Source of the DNA: an uncultured Candidatus Saccharibacteria bacterium
GTDB lineage: Bacteria; Patescibacteriota; Minisyncoccia; Minisyncoccales; Staskawiczbacteraceae
DNA: 64,000 nucleotides
Assembly (NCBI GenBank): GCA_964479955.1
Contig: CAYZNK010000001.1
Location: 77,073-141,072 of the forward strand
Direction of reading: 5' to 3'
The position numbers and the translations under genes were made by a program. The notes below the pieces were generated by a model that was given only the letters and a program-made list of their open reading frames with translations, was not told the origin of the DNA and did no database searches. Positions 55,090-63,797 of the stretch are shown piece by piece; positions within the stretch are counted from its first letter, which is position 1, and each line of letters starts with the position of its first letter.

Positions 55090-55092
55090 CAC

Positions 55093-56859
55093 TTATTCCC
55101 ATGAAGCATCTATTATTTTTTCGGGAAATTTTTCCGATAATTTGATAAAATTTGGGCAGGAAACCCTGTGCAATACTGCAGACCTTTGTTTTGTAAGATA
55201 TGCTTTTACTTTATCTCCGGGTTCTGGTTTGCAACATTTTGCGATGTTTATTAGCATTCCTTTCTGTCCGGCTAAATAAATATGTCTTAATTTTTCCTTT
55301 TTTATTTGTTCCTGTTGTATTTTTTTACTTTTTGCAGCTTGCGCTATTTCAATAATTTTCTTTTTTATAAATCCGGGGATGGGGAAATTAAATGTTTCTT
55401 TTTGATTAAAAAACCTCTTGATATGATTTTCTGCAAGGCTTGTTTTCACAAATTTAAGCCAGTCTTTTGAAGGGTTTCTTTTTTTATTAATTATTATCTC
55501 TACGATGTCTCCATTTTCTAGCCTGGTTGAAAGGTTGGCGATTTTGCCATTGATTTTTGCTGATTCGCAATGGTTTCCAATTTCAGAGTGTATGGCATAA
55601 GCAAAGTCAACGGGAGTTGAATCTTTTTTTAAAACAATAATATCTCCCCTTGGAGTTAAAACAAATACCTGATTTTCAAAAAAATCAATTTTAAAGCTTT
55701 TCCAAAATTCAGGCAAAGACTCTTCTGTTAAATCGCTGTTTTGGTTTCTGAGCGTATTTACCCATTCAAAATCTTTATCAAATTTTTTAAGGTTTATTTT
55801 TTCTTTGTATGACCAATGCGCGCAGATGCCATGTTCTGCTTCATTGTGCATTTGTTTGGTTCGTATTTGTATTTCAGTTATTCTGTCTTTGTCGGAAAAA
55901 ACAGTTGTGTGTAAAGATCTGTATCCGTTTGATTTTGGCTTTGCTATATAGTCGTTTATTTCTTCTGAAATAGGTTTAAAATATTTATGGACAATACCAA
56001 GCACTTTGTAACAGGTAGGCATGTCTTCGACAATAATGCGCAAGGCTAAAAGATCATGGACTTTTTTGAAATCCATATTTTTTTTAACAAGCTTTTTATA
56101 TACACTCCAGTAAGATTTTGCCCTATAATTTGTTTCAAAATTTCTAACCCCTTCTTTTTTAAGAATCTTTTGCAGTTTTGCGATAAAGCGTTTTAAATAT
56201 TTTTCCCTTTGCCTATACTCCTCTTTGATGTTTTCATGGAGCCAATTAAACTTTTCGGGAAACAAAAAAGAAAAAGAGATATCTTCAAGAGATCTTCTTA
56301 TTTTATTTAATCCTAATCTGTTTGCAATCGGCGAAAAAATTTGTAGAGTCTCAAAAGCAAATATTTTTTGTTTGTCTTCCGAAAGAGTATTCAAAAAATT
56401 CAGTCCGTCAAGCCTTGAAACAAGCTCAACCAAAACAACTCTCAAGTCTCCGGCAATGGCCAAGAACATTTTTCTTAGGTTTTCTATTTTCTCTTTTGAA
56501 AAATTTTTCTTTTCAGAAAAGTTAGCCGCTAAAGGATAACGTATTTTTGCAAGGTCCGAATTTTTTTTGACAAGACCCGCGATTTCCTTCCCGAATTTTT
56601 TTTCTATTTCTTGAAGCTGCAGTTTTTTTGCCGAATCGGGGATATCGTCCAAAGTATCATGTAATAGGGCATAGGCTATTGTTGTGGAATTAAGTCCGGC
56701 TTCGGCCAAAGTTAAGGCTACCCTTGTTGCATGATATATATAATTTTCTCCGGAAAGACGATTTTTGTCTTTGTATGCCTCTTTTGCAAATTCAAAAACA
56801 TCGCTGATTAGTTTGGGATCAGAGCTGTTTTTGATTAATTTTTGCAATTCATTTTTCAT
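55093..56859 (-). CDS. Bifunctional (p)ppGpp synthetase/hydrolase, RelA/SpoT (Rel) family
   Basis: HD domain (HATRVALTLAE...LHDTLDD), synthetase (YIAKPKSNGYRSLHTTV, EIQIRTKQMH), TGS (VFVLTPRGDII...DFAYAIHSEIG). ATG at 56859 preferred; the track's longer start overlaps topA by about 100 nt. Confidence 0.9.
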   Translation of the reverse strand: MKNELQKLIKNSSDPKLISDVFEFAKEAYKDKNRLSGENYIYHATRVALTLAEAGLNSTTIAYALLHDTLDDIPDSAKKLQLQEIEKKFGKEIAGLVKKNSDLAKIRYPLAANFSEKKNFSKEKIENLRKMFLAIAGDLRVVLVELVSRLDGLNFLNTLSEDKQKIFAFETLQIFSPIANRLGLNKIRRSLEDISFSFLFPEKFNWLHENIKEEYRQREKYLKRFIAKLQKILKKEGVRNFETNYRAKSYWSVYKKLVKKNMDFKKVHDLLALRIIVEDMPTCYKVLGIVHKYFKPISEEINDYIAKPKSNGYRSLHTTVFSDKDRITEIQIRTKQMHNEAEHGICAHWSYKEKINLKKFDKDFEWVNTLRNQNSDLTEESLPEFWKSFKIDFFENQVFVLTPRGDIIVLKKDSTPVDFAYAIHSEIGNHCESAKINGKIANLSTRLENGDIVEIIINKKRNPSKDWLKFVKTSLAENHIKRFFNQKETFNFPIPGFIKKKIIEIAQAAKSKKIQQEQIKKEKLRHIYLAGQKGMLINIAKCCKPEPGDKVKAYLTKQRSAVLHRVSCPNFIKLSEKFPEKIIDASWE

Positions 56860-58900
56860 TTTTTTCTTTTGAAAAGTCGCATTCTTTGTTCGAACATTTA
56901 ACTTGTTTTTTGTTTTTTTCCACCAAAATAGAATCACACGTGGGACATAATTCATTTATTGGTTTATCCCAAACTGCAAAATCGCACTTTGGAAATCTAT
57001 TGCACCCGTAAAATATTTTACCTTTTTTTGTTCGTTTTTGTACAATATCTCCTTCCTTGCATTTGGGGCATTTTATATCCAATTTTTCTTTTTTATCTCC
57101 CATTGATTCAGTATACTTGCATTCCGGAAATTTTGAACAGGCATAAAATCTTCCAAACCTGCCAAGTCTTTCAATTAATTCTGAACCGCACTTAGGACAC
57201 TTTTTGTCTGTTTTTTTTGTAAGGTCAGTTTTTTTTACTTCTTCATACTTTTCCTCCAAATTTTTTGAAAAAGGAGCATAGAAATCCTTACAAGTTTTTT
57301 GCCACGTATCTTTTCCCTCTGCAACTTCATCTAACTCTTTTTCCATTTTAGCCGTAAAATCAATATCAACTACTTCCGGGAAATTTTTTATCAAAACATC
57401 ATTAACTATAATTCCCATTTCTGTTGGGACAAACTTTTTCTGTTCATTTTTTTGCACATAATTTCTGTTTTGGATTGTTGCCAGGGTTGGGGCATAGGTT
57501 GACGGCCTTCCAACGCCGTATTTTTCAAGCGCCTTAATTAAGCTTGCTTCACTGTATCTGGCAGGGGGCTCAGTAAAATGTTGTGAAGAATCAAGGCTTA
57601 TTAAATCCAAAACTTCATTTTTTGAAAGGTTTGGCAGTTCTTTTTCTTCAAATTTTGTAGGGTATATTTTTAGAAAACCGTCAAATTTTAATGTTTGTCC
57701 GGTTGACCTGAAAGTGTATTCTTTTTTATGCAAAGACGATGCCTTTATATCCACGGAAACCGAATCAAGAACAGCGGGGACCATTTGGCATGCAATAAAT
57801 CTCTGCCAAATTAACGTGTAAAGTTTTAATTGCCTTGTATCTAATTCTTTTAATGACTGCGGAGTTTTGTCCGGATACGCGGGCCTTATAGCTTCGTGCG
57901 CTTCTTGGGCTGTTTTGTTTTTTGTTTTATATCTCACCGGTTTTGGCGGGCAATAATTATTCCCCATGTTTTTTGAAATAAACTCTTTTGCCGCAGTTAA
58001 AGAAAAGTCTGATAAATTTAAAGAGTCTGTTCTATGGTATGTAATATATCCTTCTTCGTAAAGTTTCTGGGCAATGGCCATTGTTGCTTTTGCTGAAAAG
58101 TGGAATTTTTGCCAAGAGGCCTGTTGCAGGGTACTGGTTGTAAAAGGCGGGGCGGGATATTTTTTTGTTTCTTTTTTGTCTATGTTTTCTACTACGTATT
58201 CTGCCCCATTTAATTCCGCTAAGATTTTATCAGCTTGCTCCTTATCTTTTATATCTAGTTTTTCGATATTTTTATCGCTCTCTTTTATTAAAATTGATTC
58301 AAATTCAGCATCTTTTGATTTAAGCAGAGCTTTTATGCTCCAATATTCCTGCGCGACAAAATTTTTTATTTCCTCTTCCTTTTGGACAACAAGCCTGACT
58401 GCCACAGACTGAACCCGTCCTGCAGAAAGTCCCCTTGAAATTTTTTTCCACAAAAACGGAGAAAGTTTGTATCCTACAATTCTATCTAAAACCCTTCTTG
58501 CCTGTTGGGCCGAAACCAAGTTCATATCAATTTTTCTGGGAGACCCAAGCGCATCTTCAATCGCTGTTTTTGTGATTTCGTGAAAGACAATTCTTTCAGG
58601 ATTTTTCAGCTTTAATGCTTCTGATAGATGCCATGCAATTGATTCTCCTTCGCGGTCTTCGTCGGTTGCCAGAATTGTTTCATCTGCCTTTTCAGATTCT
58701 TTTTTCAGCTCTGAAACCGTCTTTCGGGCTTTAGTTGGAATAATATATTCTGGCTCAAACCCGTTTTCAATATCTATCCCAAACTTTGCTTTTGGTAAAT
58801 CCCTTACATGCCCAAAGGATGATTTTATCTTAAATTCACTGCCTAAAAATTTTTGAATTGTTTTTGCCTTTGTAGGGCTTTCAACTATTACAAGCTTCAT
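56849..58900 (-). CDS. topA: DNA topoisomerase I
   Basis: Toprim MKLVIVESPTKAKTI, DEDREGE, active-site region YITYHRTDS, and three C-terminal CxxC...CxxC zinc ribbons. Confidence 0.96.
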   Translation of the reverse strand: MKLVIVESPTKAKTIQKFLGSEFKIKSSFGHVRDLPKAKFGIDIENGFEPEYIIPTKARKTVSELKKESEKADETILATDEDREGESIAWHLSEALKLKNPERIVFHEITKTAIEDALGSPRKIDMNLVSAQQARRVLDRIVGYKLSPFLWKKISRGLSAGRVQSVAVRLVVQKEEEIKNFVAQEYWSIKALLKSKDAEFESILIKESDKNIEKLDIKDKEQADKILAELNGAEYVVENIDKKETKKYPAPPFTTSTLQQASWQKFHFSAKATMAIAQKLYEEGYITYHRTDSLNLSDFSLTAAKEFISKNMGNNYCPPKPVRYKTKNKTAQEAHEAIRPAYPDKTPQSLKELDTRQLKLYTLIWQRFIACQMVPAVLDSVSVDIKASSLHKKEYTFRSTGQTLKFDGFLKIYPTKFEEKELPNLSKNEVLDLISLDSSQHFTEPPARYSEASLIKALEKYGVGRPSTYAPTLATIQNRNYVQKNEQKKFVPTEMGIIVNDVLIKNFPEVVDIDFTAKMEKELDEVAEGKDTWQKTCKDFYAPFSKNLEEKYEEVKKTDLTKKTDKKCPKCGSELIERLGRFGRFYACSKFPECKYTESMGDKKEKLDIKCPKCKEGDIVQKRTKKGKIFYGCNRFPKCDFAVWDKPINELCPTCDSILVEKNKKQVKCSNKECDFSKEKNEK

Positions 58901-58921
58901 AAAATAAACTTTTAATTACAA

Positions 58922-59794
58922 TTAAATGATTGAATATATATTGGCTCCTAAATTACGTATTTTATCTGAAACTTCCATTAAAGCAAGCCTGGCGGCCGCT
59001 TTATTTGCCTTAAGGCCGGTTTTTTCGATTATTTTATCTATATCAAGGGGACCCTCCTTCAATGCTTTAAAAATTATTTCTTCTTCAGAATTTTCCGCGC
59101 AAGCTTTGTTTTGTTCTATAGATTGGAATTGTAAACCAAACTCCTTCAATATATCATCTGAATTTTCAACAAGCTTTGCTCCGTTTTTAATCAATTTATT
59201 GGGGCCTCTGGAGTTTAGGGAATAAATCGGTCCCGGCACGGCAAATAACTTTTTATTTTGTTTTATGGCGCAGTTTGCGGTTATTAAAGACCCGGATTTT
59301 TCTTTTGCTTCTATTATTATTACTCCTAAAGACAGTCCTGAAATTATTCTGTTTCTTCTTGGAAAAGAAAACTTTGAGCCGCAGGTTCCTGGGGGAAGCT
59401 CGGAAATCAGACACCCTCCATATTCAATAATTTTTTTTGATAAAGCAAGATTTGACTGGGGGTAAATTGATTTTTCATCCAGCCCCGTTCCCAAAACCGC
59501 AATTGTGCGCTTTTTGTTTTCAATGACGGCTTTGTGCCCAAAAGTATCAATTCCCGGAGCCAATCCTGAGACAATACTTATTCCCCGTCCTGATAATTCA
59601 GAAGATATCTGCAGGGCCGCCTGTTGTCCATAAGCAGAAGGATTTCTTGTGCCAACAATAGCAAAACATATTTCTTTGGGACTTGGCAGTGTTCCTTTAT
59701 AGTATAAAATTTTAGGAGCGTCTTTTATGTTTTTTAATGAGAGGGGGTATTCTTTGCTTTCTATTGATATTTGTTCTATTTTGTCTGCATCCAT
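58922..59794 (-). CDS. dprA: DNA-processing protein DprA (Smf)
   Basis: Rossmann-like core IVGTRNPSAYG...SGLAPGIDTFGH...FPRRNRIISGLS. Confidence 0.9.
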   Translation of the reverse strand: MDADKIEQISIESKEYPLSLKNIKDAPKILYYKGTLPSPKEICFAIVGTRNPSAYGQQAALQISSELSGRGISIVSGLAPGIDTFGHKAVIENKKRTIAVLGTGLDEKSIYPQSNLALSKKIIEYGGCLISELPPGTCGSKFSFPRRNRIISGLSLGVIIIEAKEKSGSLITANCAIKQNKKLFAVPGPIYSLNSRGPNKLIKNGAKLVENSDDILKEFGLQFQSIEQNKACAENSEEEIIFKALKEGPLDIDKIIEKTGLKANKAAARLALMEVSDKIRNLGANIYSII

Positions 59795-59892
59795 GAAATA
59801 TTAAATTATTAATTAAACTATAACATACAAAATCAATAGTTGCCCAAAAGAGTAAATTTATTACGCGGGTAAATGCCTGCTTTTTTGTGCCA

Positions 59893-61914
59893 TCATTCTC
59901 TTAATTTTTCAACCGCTTCTGATAGAATTTGAGAATATAAATTTAATCCGATTTTATTTATTGTCCCCGACTGCTCTTTCCCTAAAATATTTCCGGCTCC
60001 TCTTAATTCCATATCTCTAATTGCGATTTTGTATCCCGACCCAAGCTCTTGAGAATCTTCCAAAGCATCAAGTCTTTCCTTTGCCAAGGGCGTCAAAGAT
60101 TTTGGGTCATATAAAAAATAAGCAAAACTGTTTGTATGAGACCTGCCAACCCTTCCTCTGATTTGGTGTGCCTGCGAAAGCCCAAGCTTTGTTGCGTCTT
60201 CTATTATAATGGTATTTACTTTAGGCATATCCAACCCGTTTTCAATAATTGTTGTTGCCAGCAGAACGTTTATTTTTTCATTTTGGAAGTCGTCCATTAT
60301 TTTTAAAAGATTATGTTCTGCCATTCTGCCATGTATGATTCCAATTTTTGCCCTGGAAACATTTTTTTTAATTTCCTGTTTTGCCTTCTGTATTGTTTGG
60401 ATTCTGTTATGTAGGAAATAAACCTGGCCCTTTCTTTTAAATTCAAAATTCATTGCTCTTTTAATTACTTTAAAACTGTATGGCAAAACCTGAGTTTTTG
60501 TGGCTTGTCTGCCCTGCGGAGGAGTCTGTATCATACTTATTTTTTTAAAAGACGACAAAGCCAGATAAATAGTTCTTGGAATTGGTGTTGCTGAAAGGCT
60601 TAATACGTCCAATGATGAGCGAGCTTGGCGCAATCTTTCCTTTTGTTTTACGCCAAATTTTTGTTCGTCATCTATTATCAGCAATTGCAAATTTTTAAAT
60701 TCTATATCTTTTGACAGTATTCTATGGGTACCAATTACTATATCTGTCCTGCCATCTTTCAAATCTTTGATTATTCTCTTTTGCTCTTCTTTCTTCTGCA
60801 GTCTTGAAAGCATAGCAACCCTTACGGGAAGTTTTTCAAATCTTTTTTTAAAAACATTGTAATGCTGATTGGCCAGAATAGTGGTTGGGCAAACCAAGGC
60901 AGTCTGCCTGTTGTTTGCAGCTGCCAGCAGAGCAGTTCTTAATGCTACCTCCGTTTTTCCAAAACCAACGTCTCCGCACACAATCCTGTCCATTGGCTGG
61001 GTTTTTGAAAGGTCTTTTTTAATGTCTTCGATTGTCTGCAACTGGTCGGAAGTTTCTTCAAAGGCAAACCCTGTTTTTAATTGAAATTCCAACCCTTCAT
61101 CAGAAACATAGGGGGAGCGCCTTGAAACTTCTTTTGCTGCATACAAAGATAGTAATTCTTTTGCAAGCTTTTCAACTTCTTCTTTGATTTTTCTTTTTGT
61201 TTTTTGCCACGTCAAAGACCCCAATCTTGAAATTTTTGGGTCTTGAAAGCCTATATATCTTGAAAGTTTTCTTTCCAACCCCAAAGGAACATAAAGCTTG
61301 TCTTCCTTATCATACTCAAGCACATAATATTTGCATTCCTCTTGTTTTTTTTGTCTGCCGTATTTTTTTTCAACGCCAGATTCTTCTGGCTGAGCCAGAG
61401 AAAATTGAAAATTTTCAATTCCGCTAAACCTGGCTATTCCGTGGTCCAAATGAACAAGATAATCTCCGGGTTTTATTCCTTTTAAATCAGAAAATAATTT
61501 TTGAGAAGAAAGTTTTTTCTTTAAAATTTCGCGTGATTTTTTTTCGTTGTCCAGTTTTATTTTCAATGATTCTATAAGGTCAACTTCATTTCCTAAAAAA
61601 TCCATCCTTACAGCCCGATTTGAATTTATGGGGAAAATATCAACAGTCCCTCCTTTTTGCGAAAATTCTCCGGGAGCTTCAACCTTCAAAACCCTTTCAT
61701 ATCCCATTTCGTCAATCTTCCTTAAAAATTGGGAAAAATTGCAGTTCTGTCCCTTTTTTAAAAATATTATATTTTCCTGAAAAAAAGCCTGGGTTTGATT
61801 TGCCCTTAGTACATCTTCAAGATTTTCTTCGTACCATAAAAGCTCCTTATCAATAAAATATGGAGTAATTGAAACAATCAAAACAGAATCAAGTTTGTTG
61901 TTTTCGTTATTCAT
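59893..61914 (-). CDS. mfd: Transcription-repair coupling factor Mfd, compact form (673 aa)
   Basis: CarD/RNAP-interaction domain GDYLVHLDHGIARFSGI, SF2 helicase motifs GDVGFGKTEVA, DDEQKFG, SATPIPRT, QIRGRVGRS, and a TRG-like tail. Much of the N-terminal UvrB-homology module and the C-terminal D7 domain are missing. Confidence 0.85.
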   Translation of the reverse strand: MNNENNKLDSVLIVSITPYFIDKELLWYEENLEDVLRANQTQAFFQENIIFLKKGQNCNFSQFLRKIDEMGYERVLKVEAPGEFSQKGGTVDIFPINSNRAVRMDFLGNEVDLIESLKIKLDNEKKSREILKKKLSSQKLFSDLKGIKPGDYLVHLDHGIARFSGIENFQFSLAQPEESGVEKKYGRQKKQEECKYYVLEYDKEDKLYVPLGLERKLSRYIGFQDPKISRLGSLTWQKTKRKIKEEVEKLAKELLSLYAAKEVSRRSPYVSDEGLEFQLKTGFAFEETSDQLQTIEDIKKDLSKTQPMDRIVCGDVGFGKTEVALRTALLAAANNRQTALVCPTTILANQHYNVFKKRFEKLPVRVAMLSRLQKKEEQKRIIKDLKDGRTDIVIGTHRILSKDIEFKNLQLLIIDDEQKFGVKQKERLRQARSSLDVLSLSATPIPRTIYLALSSFKKISMIQTPPQGRQATKTQVLPYSFKVIKRAMNFEFKRKGQVYFLHNRIQTIQKAKQEIKKNVSRAKIGIIHGRMAEHNLLKIMDDFQNEKINVLLATTIIENGLDMPKVNTIIIEDATKLGLSQAHQIRGRVGRSHTNSFAYFLYDPKSLTPLAKERLDALEDSQELGSGYKIAIRDMELRGAGNILGKEQSGTINKIGLNLYSQILSEAVEKLRE

Positions 61915-61991
61915 TTTTTATAATTATGGCAAAATATGGAATTTGGGTCAAATTGCAGTAAAAAACTCCGTAAAATTATTCTGCGGAGCTT

Positions 61992-62546
61992 TTATTTTTT
62001 TAAATTATACTTGTTCATTGCTTTTTCCAATCCCTCGCCGGCAATTATTTTTACAGCATCAGAAGAGTTTCTAATCGCTTCGTTTATTTGTTTTTGCTCT
62101 TCTCCTGAAAAATTTTTTAAAACAATTTTTTTTGCTTCAGTGTCTTTTTCAAGGCCTATGCCAATACGTATTCTTATTAGGTTTTTATTTCCGATGTTTT
62201 TGATTATTGACTCAACCCCTTTGTGTCCGGCAGAGCCCCTTTCTTTTACTATTTTTATTTTTCCTGCAGGCAAATCAATGTCATCGTGAACCACAATCAG
62301 ATTTTCTGCGTCAATATTATCTGAAATTTTTTTTACAGCTTTTCCAGATTCATTCATAAAAGTTTGGGGCTTTGCCAGGATTATGTTTTCAGATTCAGAA
62401 ATTAAGGAGTTTGATTTTTTTTGCAATTCAAAATCAGGAAAATTATTTTCTTTTGCAAATTCATCAAGCGCCATAAAGCCTACGTTATGGCGGGTTTTTT
62501 CAAATTTTTTGCCAGGATTTCCAAGGCCTATGATTATTGTTTTCAT
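61992..62546 (-). CDS. pth: Peptidyl-tRNA hydrolase
   Basis: IIGLGNPGKKFEKTRHNVGF, VHDDIDLPAGKIKI, GHKGVESI. Confidence 0.93.
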   Translation of the reverse strand: MKTIIIGLGNPGKKFEKTRHNVGFMALDEFAKENNFPDFELQKKSNSLISESENIILAKPQTFMNESGKAVKKISDNIDAENLIVVHDDIDLPAGKIKIVKERGSAGHKGVESIIKNIGNKNLIRIRIGIGLEKDTEAKKIVLKNFSGEEQKQINEAIRNSSDAVKIIAGEGLEKAMNKYNLKK

Positions 62547-62601
62547 TTTAATCTAATGTATATTTATTTAAATTTACTCTTTTTATGTTAATTTGTAAAA
62601 T

Positions 62602-62630
62602 TTGACTTTGTTTTTTATTGGCATTATTAT
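62602..62630 (+). promoter_or_regulatory. Sigma70-like promoter (TTGACT - 17 nt - TATTAT) at the left edge of a GC-richer island
   Basis: ttgactttgttttttattggcattattat. The first 11 nt (ttgactttgtt) are identical to the csrA promoter -35 region. Confidence 0.5.
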
Positions 62631-62824
62631 AAAAACAGTACCTTTTAGAAAGGAGGTGGTCAACATCTGGTTGTTTTTTCTATTCTCTAACAGGAAAGGA
62701 GAACAAAGCAGTCAGAGCACATTGTACTTGCCGTTTTTGGGGAGGGGAATCTTAGCTAACCAAACAGGGCGGAGAAGAGGCACAAGTTCAAACTTGTAAC
62801 AATGGCTCAAAGAAAGGATTTGAC

Positions 62825-63055
62825 ATGTCAGGAACCGTTTGTCACACTGCTCGAAAGTTGAATGCCAGCCAAAGGTCATTTATTCTTTCCCATGTCAATG
62901 GAGGCACGGTCACCACTGACCTCCTCAAAGAGGTCTCCAAAGAATTTGGGAGGAAATTTGGGTGGAAAGTCCACCCAATGGCGATTCGCAAGTTGTGTGG
63001 CACTCGGAGAACAGTTTGGGGGAGGCGTAGACCCAAATTAATGAGGCGCTGCTAG
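62825..63055 (+). CDS. Small basic hypothetical protein (76 aa), possible HTH DNA-binding protein
   Basis: ATG with SD aaagga 6 nt upstream, R/K-rich C-terminus, GC-richer than flanks, and followed by a strong terminator. The HTH guess rests only on the pattern LNASQRSFIL...TTDLLKEVSKEFG...HPMAIRKL. Confidence 0.45.
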   Translation: MSGTVCHTARKLNASQRSFILSHVNGGTVTTDLLKEVSKEFGRKFGWKVHPMAIRKLCGTRRTVWGRRRPKLMRRC

Positions 63056-63070
63056 CCTTTCTTCCTGTAT

Positions 63071-63105
63071 GGGCTGGATAATCAGCTGATTTTCCGGCCC
63101 TTTTT
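63071..63105 (+). terminator. Intrinsic terminator (30-nt hairpin gggctggataatcag/ctgattttccggccc plus T5)
   Basis: Hand-folded stem with two mismatches; T-run at 63101-63105. Confidence 0.7.
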
Positions 63106-63174
63106 ATTGTTTTAAATAGCGCTTGCAATAACTTTAAAATATGTTAAAATAGAGATAATTTTAACCTAAACAAA

Positions 63175-63786
63175 ATGGAAGAAACAAAACAAACAATCAA
63201 CCAGCAAAATAAAGAGCAAAACACTCCAAAAGAAGGCGTGATAAAAAAATATTTATCCTTTTCTTTTGAGATTTTTAAAATAGCAGTTATTGCATTGGCA
63301 ATTGTTTTGCCAATCCGCTATTTTCTATTTCAGCCGTTTATTGTAAAAGGAGAATCAATGTCCCCAAGCTTTGAATCAGGGGATTATCTTATTGTTGACG
63401 AAATTTCATACAGGATTTCAGAGCCGCAAAGAGGAGATGTAGTTGTTTTTAAATATCCCAAAAATACTACGCAAAGGTTTATAAAAAGAATAATCGGGCT
63501 TCCGGGTGAAACAGTTGTTATAAAAAGTGGAAATGTCACTGTGGTGAAAGCAACGGGAGAAGAAGTTATTTTAGATGAGCAATATTTGCCAGAAGATTTA
63601 AAAACTTACGGAGATACAGGCACAACACTAAAAGCAGACGAATATTTTGTTTTAGGAGACAATAGGATGTATTCTTATGATTCAAGGTCATGGGGGATAG
63701 TTCCAAAAGCCAATATTATAGGAAAAGCTTTTTTAAGACTCTATCCCATAGACGAATTGTCTAAAATTTCAACTCCAAACTATTAA
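63175..63786 (+). CDS. lepB: Signal peptidase I
   Basis: TM anchor, catalytic Ser box GESMSPSF, RGDVVVF, Lys box FIKRIIGLPGE, GDNRMYSYDSRSWG. Confidence 0.93.
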   Translation: MEETKQTINQQNKEQNTPKEGVIKKYLSFSFEIFKIAVIALAIVLPIRYFLFQPFIVKGESMSPSFESGDYLIVDEISYRISEPQRGDVVVFKYPKNTTQRFIKRIIGLPGETVVIKSGNVTVVKATGEEVILDEQYLPEDLKTYGDTGTTLKADEYFVLGDNRMYSYDSRSWGIVPKANIIGKAFLRLYPIDELSKISTPNY

Positions 63787-63797
63787 ATCAAAAATTA

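Noticed and set aside
56860-56955. Longer RelA/SpoT start (track ORF to 56955) overlapping topA by about 100 nt
   Set aside because: The extension (MNYVPRVILFWWKKTKNK...) is non-conserved and lies within the topA zinc-ribbon coding region. The ATG at 56859 gives an 11-nt overlap typical of this genome.
62602-62799. 65-aa track ORF (MTLFFIGIIIK...) in the leader of the 62.6-kb island
   Set aside because: Its TTG start coincides with the -35 box. There is no SD. The strong AAAGGAGG lies inside the frame with no usable start codon at proper spacing. I treated the region as an untranslated leader.
62962-62976. GGTGGAAAGTCCACC, resembling the RNase P RNA CR-I motif GAGGAAAGUCC
   Set aside because: Only about 130 nt remain before the terminator. 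None of the other universally conserved RNase P blocks (for example ACAGAA...GGCUUA or the AGGGUGAAA-type regions) are present on either strand. The motif lies in frame within the 76-aa ORF. Probably chance.
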